From the NCBI RefSeq assembly GCF_009914755.1, contig NC_060938.1: a stretch of DNA of 64,000 nt. One strand, written 5' to 3'. Each line of letters begins with the position of its first letter. The stretch's first letter is position 1. The translations under genes and the position numbers were made by a program. Origin of the DNA: the human T2T-CHM13v2.0 reference genome, Homo sapiens. Shown in pieces: positions 53,068 through 64,000 of this stretch. Under the pieces are notes generated by a model. The model worked only from the letters and a program-made list of their open reading frames with translations, searched no databases and was not told the origin of the DNA.

Positions 53068-54693
53068 GAGGGGGTCTCTGGAAACCCTGGTCAGAATGTC
53101 CCACCCAGTGAGGAGGAACAGGATTTGGCACCCACTTAAAACAGCACTCTGGCCACATTTTATCAAGCAGCTGTGCTTTGCTGTGGGGCCACTCCAGCCC
53201 CTGGTCACCTGGGCTCTCAAAAGCCTGAAGGTCAGAATGGCTAACCTGCCCAAACAGCAAAGATGGCAGCCCGCCCCTCCACCTGGTAGTTACATCTCAG
53301 GGAGGCGTAATGCTACTACTGGTGACTGGCTGGAGTTCCAAGCCAGTGGTTCTTATCCTGTGAGGTGCTGGAGAAGCAGGACCCGAAGACTGTCGCCGCT
53401 CAGCCCCCTAGGTTCAACCCCTTTTCTAGGAGTATGTACAAGGGGTCTAACCTCCTTCTTTGCCAGAGTTTCAGCTGCTCTTGCCAGGTAGCCGGGAAAG
53501 TCTTGATATCTAGGGCTTCCAGGCTCTCCATTTATGCTTGAGTGGCTACTCTGCCAAAACTTTCCATTGCTCTGTGAGTCAGACCGAAGGCCCTATGGAG
53601 TAGGTTTATGAGGAGGACTCTTCACCTCAGGGTTGCAAAAATCTGTGAGAGAAATGTGCATTCCCAGGGTCGCTAATTCATTAACAGCTTCCCTGGGTGG
53701 GGGAGGTTCCCCAGCTCTGTGTCACTCCCAGATGGGCTGTTGTCCTGCCTTGCTTTTCTCCATTTTCCATGGGTTGAGTTGTTTCCTTGATTAATCTCAA
53801 TGCATATACTTGAATGTTTCAGTTGAAGTTACTGTATTTACCAATCATTTCTGTTCCTCTCTGTGAGAGCAGTATATACTAGCTGCTTCTAGCCGGCCAT
53901 CTTGGCCACTCCCCTCACTGAGTTTTTAATATTGTAGGTGACAGTATTTTATTATATCAGTTATTCTATTCAGAAAACTTCCATTTGATGAAGTACAAGT
54001 ATGGCGCCATGTTATTTTGTGTTCTATTTTATTGTAATCATGTAACAAAGTTTCAGTAAAATCCACAAAAATAGTAGCTTCTCAGTGTCACAGTCAGCAC
54101 GTAAGTACAGATTGCCAAGGTAAACTCCTGTTTGAAAATAAGAAAGGATCCCATGAAAAGTGTTACAGCTATAAAAAGCAACATAATGACATTTTAAAGG
54201 ATGGTTTTAATTCCATAAATGATAGAAGTAATGTTATAAAGTGTTATTATTTCAAAGAATGAATAACTCCATGCTATTCAGATGAAAGGAAAACAAAATT
54301 TCAAGTTTAATGTATCTTCAGGTCAGATCTACATCACTATTTCATCCCAGAATGCTTTAGCAATGTCACTTTATCTCAAACATTCCTCAGGCTATACTGC
54401 CAAATAGAGCTGCTAAGCACTTCAAAATAGCCTAATGGGAAAAGTGAGTTTGTATGAAAGTATTGGTTGAAGTAAAATCCAAGGTCTCCAAGAGAAACAG
54501 TAACTCTAGTTTTAAAGATCTGAAGATGACTCATTTTGAGCTCTGCTACTTGATAATTTATTTCCTTGAAGTTTCTGAAGAAGAGATCTGTTTTCACCAA
54601 ACTCTGAAATTCATAAACCCAAAGTCAAACTATCAGTGAAAGGCTCATACATACACTGTTGATAGGAATTTGACCGCTTCACCAATATATTCT

Positions 54694-55438
54694 TCATAGT
54701 GACAGGAGGCAGACAAATCCTAGGCAGATAGGGACAGGTCCCTGGTGAAACCCGACTTTCAAGTCAAAAACATCCTGAAACCTGAAAACTGGGCTGCTGG
54801 TACCAGATGAGTGGGAACTTTTATTCCTGTTTCCCCAGTCTTTCCCAATTTGTTCCTTCTGAATAATGCTTTTTAATCAATGAAATGTTGCCTTTTCCAA
54901 GGCTACCTACGGCTCTCACCTCCTGCATTCTGAGCTCATAAAAGCCCCAGGCTCAGCTACACTTGGGGGGACTACCTGCCTTCAGTTTAGGGAGACTGTC
55001 CAACTTCAGGTAAGGGGCTGCCCATTTTGGGTCCTCTCTCTGCTGAGAACTGTTGTGTTGCTCAATAAAAATCTCCACCTTGCTTACCCTCCAGTTGTCA
55101 GTGTAACCTCACTCATTTTGGACACAGGACAAGAACCTGGGACCTGCTGAATGTGGGTACAAAAAAGGCTGCAACACTGTAGCCTTCCACCTCCTGCTGG
55201 TGCCGGGCAGCCACCGCATGTGACAGAAAACAGTGGTAGGGTCAGGCCAGTCCAGGACTTGTGGGCTGGAGCAGAGCAGTGAGGCTGAATGAGCTGTAAC
55301 ACAAGCGGGCTGAAACATACTGTCCCCAGTGTCACCTTTTGCTGTGCTGCAGGTGGCAGGAAGGAGAGAAGAGCTACAAACCTTCTGGATGCCCGGACCT
55401 CAGTGGTCCCCAAGCCAGGGTGGTGACATGCTGTAACA
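54694..55438 (+). mobile_element. ERV1 LTR (LTR28-like)
   Basis: atagtgacaggaggcagacaaatcctaggcagatagggacaggtccctggtgaaacc; ataaaagcccc TATA-like box; caataaaa; ends ctgtaaca. Confidence 0.65.
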
Positions 55439-55502
55439 TCCCAAATAGATCAAATATAAAGTTAACTTTAACATCAAAATTATCAAAAAGAAATGTCAAT
55501 AT

Positions 55503-56917
55503 TTCTTTTTTATATAATTTCAACTTTCATTTTAGATTCAGCAAATACACGTGTAGGTTTGTAACATGGGTGTATTTTATGATGCAGAGGTTAAGGGTAT
55601 GATGGCACCCATCACCCAGGTAGTGAGCATAGTACTCAATAGGTAGTTATTCAGTCCTTGCCCCCCACAGTAAGCTTTTGGAGTTCCCAGTGTTTGTTGT
55701 TCCCATCTTTGGGTCCATATGTACCCAACACGTAGCTCCCACTTAGAAGTGAGAACATGCAGTATATGGTTTTCTGTTCCTGTGTTAATTTGCTTAGGAT
55801 AATGGCCTCCATCTGCATCCATGTTGCTGCAAAGGACATAATTTTATTCTTTATTATGGCTGTGTAGTACTCTGTGGTGAATATGTACCATATTTTCTTT
55901 ATCTAGTCTACTGTTGATGGGCATTTAGTATAATTCTATGTCTTTGCTATTGTGAATAATGCTGCAAGGAACATACATATGCATATGTCTTTTTGATATA
56001 ATGATATCTATTCCTTTGGGTACATACCCAGTAATGGGATTGCTGGGTCAAATGGTAGTTCTGTTTTTGGTCTTTGAGGAACTGCCACACTGTTTTCCAA
56101 AATGGTTGAACTAATTTACACTCCCACCAACAGTGTATAGGAGTTTCTTTTTCTCTGCAACCTCGCCAGCACCTGTTATTTTTGGACTTTTTAATAATAG
56201 CCATTATGACTGGTGTGAGATGATATCTCACTGTGGCTTTGATTTGCATTTCTCTAATGATCAGTGATGTTGAGCTTTCTTCCATATGCTTGTTAGGCAA
56301 ATGTATGTTTTCTTTGGAAAGTGTCTATTCGTGTCCTTTGCCCACTTTTTAATGGGTTTTTTCTTGGAAATTTAAGTTTTTTATACATGCTGAATATTAG
56401 ACCTTTATCAGATGTATAGTTCGCAAACACTTTCTCTCATTCTGTCGGGTTCCTGTCTACTCTGTTGATAGTTTCCTTTGCAGTGAAGAGTTTATTTTGC
56501 AGTGAAGATTCATTTGACTTCAAACTACTCTAAAGGCTACAGTAACCAAAATAACATGGTGCTGGTACAAAAACAGACACAGACCAATAGAACAGAATAA
56601 AGAACCCAGAAATAAAACCACACACTTACAGCCATCTGATCTTTGACAAAGTTGACAAAAATAAGCAATGGGGAAAGGACTTCTTATTCAATAAATTCTG
56701 CTGGGGTAACTGGCTAGCCATAAGCAGAAGAATAAAACTGGAGCCCTACCTTTCACCACATACAAAAAAGTAGCTCAAGATGTACCAAAGATTTAAATGT
56801 GAGACTTCAAAGTATAAAAATACTAGAAGAAAAACTGAGAAATATCATTCTGGACATGAGCCTTGTACAAATAATTTGTGGCTAAGACCTCAGCAATTGT
56901 GACAAAAATAAAAATTG
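55503..56917 (-). mobile_element. 5'-truncated, 5'-inverted L1 (L1PA/PB-type): 55503-56489 minus strand, 56515-56917 plus strand
   Basis: Minus-strand ORF 55947-56300 ([18 protein letters not shown]...[11 protein letters not shown]), then plus-strand upstream ORF2 sequence (gacttcaaacta...aaaattg). Confidence 0.85.
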
Positions 56918-58574
56918 CCAGTTTCTTAAATTAATAGTGTAATATCTCAAAATACATGAAGTAATTTTGTAATGATTAGCATTACTTCCATACTTCATGA
57001 AATATTCTCAATGAAATATAAAATGCTGCACATGTTTTTATCTAGGCCATATTTTATATATATATATATATCTTTATATTTATTTATATATATATATCGT
57101 CTTCCCACTAAGTCTCTTCCTTCAACTTTCTAATTATTTTCATTGGCACATCTGGTCTTTTTTCATGTTTTCATTTATTTTTCAAGCTCTAGAGATCCTT
57201 ACTGTTACATTGAACATGAGTTTTGTGCAATGTTTCCCACTGTGCTTTAAATATTAGAGAAGTCTGTAACATCTTGTACACGAGTGAATCATGTACAAAT
57301 GAATTTTTGTGCAAAATGAATCATCCCTTCATAAAGTTAATGCTAATGACTAATATTGTAAATAGAATGAGGAGTGAATTTGCCCTATCTCAATATTGTG
57401 AGGACAGTGATTGCAAACAATAGAAGGGTAGATATTAACAGACATTCATATTTACTCAAGATAGAGACCTATTCAATCTTCCAATTTTTCTAGTTTCATG
57501 TGGATACATTGCCATCTAAAACATTACAAAAACTAATACTGAATAATAATTTCAACCAACTCACAATGGACTCCCAATGTGGTCATTCACTTCATGTTTT
57601 CAAACCCAACACTTTGAAGATAAAAAGGGAAAGGGGAGAGAGAGAGGAACAAAGAAGACAAATTAAGTGAAATCCAAATGAATGTAATAAGACTGAACCA
57701 TCTCAATTAAAATGCATGCTATTGGTAAAGTAACCAATTAAATTTATATATCTACTACACAGTGCTCCAAACAATTTAAGCTGTTTTAACTTAACTAAAT
57801 AATCCTGAAAAATAGAAGTGTCATATTGTGCACTAAAATCTAGTTTTCCACAATTCTATGCCTAGTAAAGAAGAATTTATTTCAAAGTGAGTTATAAACA
57901 TCTTCAACATTGGAGGATAAACTAAACTCATTTTGGCATTTAACTAAATTACAAATAATACATTGTTGATTGTATATGTGCAGTTCATTCATTTAAGTGT
58001 CTAGCACTCAAAACTGATTAAATCAGGTTATGCATTCTGAATATTAAATGTATTAGATATCATTTCTAGATTTTACTTCTGTAAATTAGAAAACTCAGTT
58101 TCATTTAAAAGCAGATAACAATTAAAATGAAATTTTATAATATATCACACCCACTCAAAATTGGTTTTTACAGGTAGTCTTCTGATAATTTATTTAGATC
58201 CAAATTCTACTGTATGTTATAAAATACATTAGACAAAAATCCAAGAGGAGAGTAAAAATGCAGTGGAGATGGTAAAATGTAATAATCCTGGCCCAGGAAA
58301 GAATTAAATTTGGTGAGATCCCATACCCTTTCTTTCCATTTCTAAATGTGTTCCAACTAAGCTGCTTTGAAATTGACAGCTGAAAATAATAAAAGTCCAA
58401 TTATTTTGATGAGTGCTGCATACTATATTTGGTGTCTGGAGCTAAATTCAGGAAAGGCAATATTGGTCCATTCTCCATACTGCCTAATATCCTAAAATTC
58501 AAATAATTCATATCTATGGAACTATGATACTGTGAGATTATGAAGAGGAATTCAGGCATTATATTGTAACATAA

Positions 58575-58770
58575 AGGACAAAGTCAATGGTGTCAGAAGA
58601 TCTGAGTTAAAATCAAGGCCGTAAGACATACTAGTTTTATGAATAAAAGTCCATTCTTTTGGTTCTCTGGACTTCTGATTTATTCAACAGAAAATGTTAA
58701 TAAAAGTACTCCTCTGCTCTTCGCAGAGTTGTTGAATAGTTCAATTAAATAATGTTTATGAAAATGATTT
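58575..58770 (+). mobile_element. MIR
   Basis: ggtgtcagaagatctgagttaaaatc...cagagttgttgaatagttcaattaaataatgtttatgaaaatg core-like text. Confidence 0.6.
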
Positions 58771-59320
58771 TCAAGATATTTTCAGTAATATTAGATTTTA
58801 GTAGTAATAGTAATAGAAACTATAATTTAAAAAGACAGCAATGACAAAGAAGAAAAAGAAATGAAGGAGAAATTGAGTTTTCTGTAATTCAGTCAAGCAA
58901 ATACTTCAACCCTGGCAATTTAAGAAAGCAACTTTCTCTAAAACAATTAGGTACTCAAATATCCTTGTGTATAAACATACAAGAGTTTCTTTTATAGCAG
59001 AAGTCACATTCTTTTTTATTTCTGTGGATAGTTGAGTTGTTTCTGAGGCCCATGCACCTGTTTTACTTTATATTTAATTTGCCCTGTTACTTTTATTAAT
59101 TACCTACACCAAAAAAAACCCTACTTTCTAAACTTCTCACCCTTAGGTGCCGCCGATGTGCTCTAATAACATAAAATACTTAAGCCTTCAAAGAGTTTTT
59201 TACAAGTATTATTAGAGTCAGGAAATTATACTCTGTGTATCCATGGATGTATCTGGCACAGAGTAAGAATTTATTAAGTAATTCAAAGGATGTTGTTCAA
59301 ATAAACCAGTCAAATGAGAA

Positions 59321-59479
59321 TAAAGTTGCCGGATTTATCATATAAAAATACAGATGCCTACTTAAATTTGAATTTCAGATCAGAACACAATTTCCAGGAC
59401 ATGCTTTTACTAGAAAATTATTCATTATTTATCTAAAATTCAAAATGTACTGTGTCCTATATTTCTTCTGGCAATGCTA
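59321..59479. mobile_element. MER53-like DNA transposon
   Basis: taaagttgccggatttatcatataaaaatacagatgcctacttaaatttgaatttcagat...tctggcaatgcta. Confidence 0.7.
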
Positions 59480-59774
59480 AATGAGAGGGAAAAATATGTT
59501 AGATGCCTTCAAGGGAATTGAATTCAGACAACCACATCAAGAAATCATTTAAATTCAATGAGAAGTTAGAAATAACACATGAAAGAAGTAGCAAAATCTT
59601 GTAAGTTAAAAAATGAGTTTACTGGTCAAAGAAGCATATAACTTTGTGAAATACTAATCCACCAGGAAAGAGACAAATATACATCTCTCCAAATTAGGAT
59701 ATCCATTTTGCCAGTGCTGTAGATTAGGTTACTGTTTAGTAAATATTCACATATCCTTTTTTTTTTTTTTAAGT

Positions 59775-60123
59775 TGGACTGGAACAAATAACTTTCTCTG
59801 GCCAAAGCCATGTATGTGCAAGTGACAGTGTTTGCCAATATCAAGCCTAGGCCTTAAAAATTTGAACATGTTTTTGCATATTTTTCTGAGAGAGTCCAAC
59901 CTCTAAAATAAAAGGAACATCCCCCAGGTACCTGTTGCCTCTTCACCCTGCACTCTGGATTGAAATAGGAAGGACAAAATCCAGCAACCCACTACTTGAG
60001 GCAGAGTCAATCCAGCAGACCTGCATACCAATGATTGAGGAACAAGTGAGTATTGTTGAATGCCACTGAAATTTTGTCAGTATTTGTTATGCAGAATCAC
60101 TGCAACAATAGCCAGCTGATCCA
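59775..60123 (+). mobile_element. Old MLT1 (I/J/K-like) LTR remnant
   Basis: gccactgaaattttgtcagtatttgttatgcagaatcactgcaacaatagccagctgatcca 3' end. Confidence 0.6.
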
Positions 60124-60242
60124 GCAATAGTTCTCACAAAATCATTCTTCTCCTGAAATTTCTACAAATTTTGTAATTTTACACATAGTATATTCCTGTA
60201 ATATTTCTGTAGATTTTGTGTGTGTGTGTGCATGTGTGAAGG

Positions 60243-60569
60243 ATTTTATTTTTGTATAAATTTAAGGGATACAAGTGCATTTTCTTACATAAATATATTG
60301 TGCAGTAATAAGGTCTCGACTTTTAGGGTAACGATTACCCAAATAATGTACATTGTTTCCATCAGGTAATTTCTCATCCCTCACTCCCTTCCCACACTTC
60401 CGAGTCTCCAATATCTATTATTCCACGCTCTATGTTATTAGCTCCCACTTATAAGTGAAAACATGTGGTATTTGACTTTCTGTTCCTGAGTTGTTTCACT
60501 TAAGATAATGACCTCCAGTTCTTTCCACGTTGCTACATAAGACATTATTTCATTTTTTGTGTGTCTGAA

Positions 60570-60607
<38 letters not shown>

Positions 60608-60830
60608 CACGCACTTAATGGAATACTATAAAACTATATACATAGATATATAGTACATATAGTATGGATATATATGTATAATTTGATAAAGGTATAGATA
60701 CACATACAGATATCACATTTTCTTTATCCAATCTTCTGCTAGTGGACACTTAGGTTGATTCCATGACTTTACATGAAAACCACTGTGGAAAACAGTATGG
60801 AGATGTTTCAAAGAACTAAAAATAAAACTA
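60243..60830 (-). mobile_element. L1MA-like 3' end with (CA)n (60573-60603) and a short inverted 5' piece (~60780-60830)
   Basis: agctcccacttataagtgaaaacatgtggtatttgac; then plus-strand ccactgtggaaaacagtatggagatgtttcaaagaactaaaaata. Confidence 0.75.
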
Positions 60831-60912
60831 CTTTCTTTTAATTTTGCATAATATAATCCCCCTAATGGATGACAGGCATGAAGAAAGAAAAATAAATAAA
60901 TCATTGATAATC

Positions 60913-60994
60913 TAGGGTGACCAATCATCCTGATTTGTTCAGTAGTATCCCAGTTCTATCACTGAAAGTTTCACTGGGACAGTTGGTCACCCTA
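60913..60994. mobile_element. MER81-like hAT element
   Basis: Perfect 12-bp terminal inverted repeats tagggtgaccaa / ttggtcacccta. Confidence 0.8.
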
Positions 60995-61229
60995 AAAACA
61001 GTTAAAAGACAAGTGTAAAGCAACTTTTTTTCCTTTTTTCTGAGTCACAGGGAAAAATCTCATTTATTTTATTACCCATTTGTTACCCTGTATATCAAAT
61101 AAGCTTGTCTTTCAGCGTATCCTAGGACATATTTGTAGAACTACAAATATTCTTTAGATTCTGTGGCCTAATGTGAATTAACTTTTTTAAAAAAAATCAA
61201 GCAGTTTTTGTAGTTGTGTTTATTTGTGA

Positions 61230-61700
61230 CATACCTCCATACTGTTTTCCATATTGGCTATACTACTTTGCATTCCCACCAACAGTGTGCAAGGATTCCC
61301 TTTTCTCCACATTCTCTCCCACACTTACCTTTTTGATCACAGCCATTCTAACAAGTGTGAGATTATATTGCATGGTTTTAATTTGCATTTTTCTGATGAC
61401 TAGGGATATTGAGCATTTTTTCATTTACTTGTTGCCCATTTGTATGTCTGTTTGTGAGAACTGTCTCTTCAGATCCTTTAGTTGTTCTTTAATTGGGTCA
61501 TTTGTTTTCTTACCATTGAGTTGTTTGTGTTCCTTATATATTGTGGATATTAACCCCTTATCAGATGTGTGGCTTACAAATATTTTCTCCCATTTTGTAA
61601 ATTGTCTCTGCAGTCTGTTGATTGTATCTTTGGCTGTGCAGAAGCTTCTTATTTTGATGTAATCCCATTTGTCTGTTTTTGCTTTTGTTGCCTGTGTTTT
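61230..61700 (-). mobile_element. L1 ORF2 C-terminal fragment
   Basis: ORF 61425-61718: [19 protein letters not shown]...[12 protein letters not shown]. Confidence 0.85.
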
Positions 61701-62261
61701 GTAATTAATTGAAAGCATTCTTTGTAAATTGAAGAACTGGATAAGTCAGAAATGTAATAGCATTACCTCATACGCTATATCATTGGTGAAAACAAAGAAA
61801 TCATTAATCTCATTTTTATTTTTCTCCACACAAAATCATGAGCCAGTATTGCCTAAGATAGAGAATGCATTTATATTTCCAGGACAAATAATACTCTTCT
61901 TTAGATGAGCTTATCATAGAAAATATTTTCTTTGATTTTCTTCCTAATATTTGAAGTTGTATAAATGCTATAAAATTACCCAGGAACCATTATACATAGA
62001 GATGCATATTTGCTAGGAAATCAAATAATTTAAAAGCTACATTTATTCAGGCATTCTACAGAGCTCTGAGTAAGGAGCAACATATTAGGTACTGTGTCAA
62101 GTTACCTAAGATGTAGAAATCATCTCCCCACAAATGCAAAGATGACAAATTAAAGCCAGAGAACTCCTGCTTTTTAAACACCTTATGGTGAGGAGTAATA
62201 AAAGGATTTTTTCTTCCATCTATATATTGAGTAAATCGTTTCATATTGATTGTTTTGTGAT

Positions 62262-63581
62262 ATGAAAGACAGCTTCACAAAGTTAGTGGAAAAATAGAAT
62301 TATAAGATGAAAATTTAAAAAAACAAAAAACTTTATTTCTCAGCATAAGCTCCATCAATTTCAAGATACCCTTGTAAGCAATACCAGCCATTAAGTTCAT
62401 CCCTAAAGAACTAAGAGTCCTGGGAATTTAACCATTTCAATGCTGTCTCTCTCTCTTTCTCTCTCTCTCTATTTTTATTTTTTGCATTATTAACTGAAAG
62501 AAAATAAGCACACTTTACAGATTTTTTTTAAATTAGGAAACAAAAAGAAGTTAGAAGGAACCACCAAGTTAGGACTAAAAGGTGGATGCCTAATAACTTC
62601 CCATTAAAACTCACAAAGTTGCTCTTATTTGATGAGAGGAATGAGCAGAAGTACTGTCACAGCAGAGAATGACTCTCTGGTAAAGCTTTCCTGAGTGATT
62701 TTCTGCTAAAGCTGTGGATAACTTGCTCAAAACAGTCTCATAATAAGCAGATGTTACTATTCTTTGGCCCTCCAGAAAGTCAGCAAGCAAAATGCCTTGA
62801 GCAATTCATAAGAAATGTTGTCATGCCCTTTGCTCTTGACTGGCCTGCATTTGTTTAGACTGAATCACTTCCACCTCTTGATAACCATTGTTTTGATTGT
62901 GCTTTGTCTTCAAGATCCTACTGGTAAAGCTGTGTTTCATCTTCTGTTACAACTCTTTGAAGAAATGTTTCAAACATCTTGATCCCACTTGTTTAAAATT
63001 TCCGTTGAAAGTGCCGCTCTTGTCTGCAGTTGATCTGGGCATAAAGGTTTTGGTACCCATGGAGAGGAGAGTTTGCTCAACTTTAATTTTTCATTCAGAA
63101 TTCTGTAAGCTGAACCAATTGAGATGTCCATGGTGTTGCGTATTGTTTTTGCTATTGTCAGTCTTCTTCAATTAGGACACGAAAAAGATTAATCTTTCTT
63201 TGCAAATCGAAGTGGTTGGTTTGCTGCTGCAGGCTTCATTTTCAACATTGTCTCATTCCTTCTTAAAACAAGTTATCCATTTGTAAAGTGTTGATTTGGA
63301 TGGGGGCATTGTCCCATAAACCTTTCATAAAGGATTAATGATTTTGCCATTCTTCCACACACATTTTTCCATAAATGTGAAGCTTGTTCATGTTTTAATT
63401 TTAGCGGAATTTATGTTGCTCTAGTAGAAGATCTTTTCGATAGATGCTATATTCTTAGTGCCTCAGATTAGATCCTGTTCAGACATGTTATAACTTAGAA
63501 TGAGTTTATTTTGGTGCAAAAAAAAAAAAAAAAAAGAGGCCCATGCATAGTTTTTTTCATGAACTTTTTAAAGACCCCTCA
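62262..63581 (-). mobile_element. HSMAR2 mariner transposon, near full length, transposase decayed
   Basis: The minus strand begins gaggggtctttaaaaagttcatg...gcaccaaaataaactcattctaagttataacatgtctgaacaggatct; degenerate opposite TIR near 62262; ~1.3 kb. Confidence 0.85.
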
Positions 63582-64000
63582 CAGAACACTTGGCTCACCA
63601 CAGGGGTTTCTACTAATAACCAGAAAACACAAGCAAAAAGTATTGCTGTACAACATATATACTTATTAATGTTTTATTATGTATTGATTGTTAGTCTGCA
63701 AAGAGTAGAGACCAAGTTATTTCATCTCTGCATCCTTCAGTACCAAGTATATAGCAAAGTTGACAGAAGTTGCTGGGTGAGCATATGTGAGGTGAATACT
63801 CTAACAATTTCCTGGGACCAATCCTGAAATGAAAGTATGGGTATTTAAGATGCTTTAGTGACACATTCCAAGAATTAATGTCAAATGTTAACCTAATTCC
63901 AAACGTGAATTCAAATCTCAATAATTTGCTATTTTTGGCTCACTTTAGTAACTTTTTTTCTGGTGTTTTAAGACATCTACTACTTTCAGCATTTACCATA

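Larger units (their letters stand above)
43196..53913 (-). mobile_element. Full-length L1PA15/16-like LINE-1 carrying a composite Alu and a THE1 element
   Basis: The minus strand starts gggagtggccaagatggccggctagaagcagc (YY1-type motif); ORF1 and ORF2 remnants (SILTLNVNGLNAPLKRHRVASWI, ORF 47383-47694); poly(A); TSD ctcactga(c/g)ttttt at 43182-43195 and 53914-53927. Confidence 0.92.

Noticed and set aside
62262-63581. Intact or domesticated mariner transposase
   Set aside because: There is no long minus-strand ORF in the track and the element contains microsatellite and poly(A) disruptions.

Overview
This is human (primate) intergenic DNA, AT-rich and mostly interspersed repeats. An AluYa5 with all five diagnostic bases at 31710 points to human. 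No intact protein-coding gene, RNA gene or prokaryotic system is supported; nearly all track ORFs are decayed L1, MaLR or Alu frames. The one gene-derived feature is a young, full-length processed pseudogene of BNIP3 (18292-19876). It has a poly(A) tail, a 15-bp target-site duplication (TSD) and a single 1-nt frameshift, and from recall it is probably BNIP3P1 on 14q12. It sits in sense orientation between the 5'UTR and the ORF1 ATG of an old L1PA15/16-like element. A second, full-length L1 of the same family lies inverted at 43196-53913 and shows the empty sites. The most interesting signals are structural: (1) the BNIP3 frameshift splits the protein into a LIR-bearing, TM-less ORF and a TM-only ORF with a good-context ATG; (2) a 224-bp, 99%-identical local inverted duplication; (3) a THE1 element with mismatched LTRs and flanks, probably a recombination-deletion scar; (4) a composite Alu resembling a 3' transduction or template switch; (5) a short possible gene-conversion tract between the two inverted L1s. 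Repeat subfamily names come from recalled consensus sequences and need RepeatMasker confirmation. I do not see evidence for a new multi-gene biological system.
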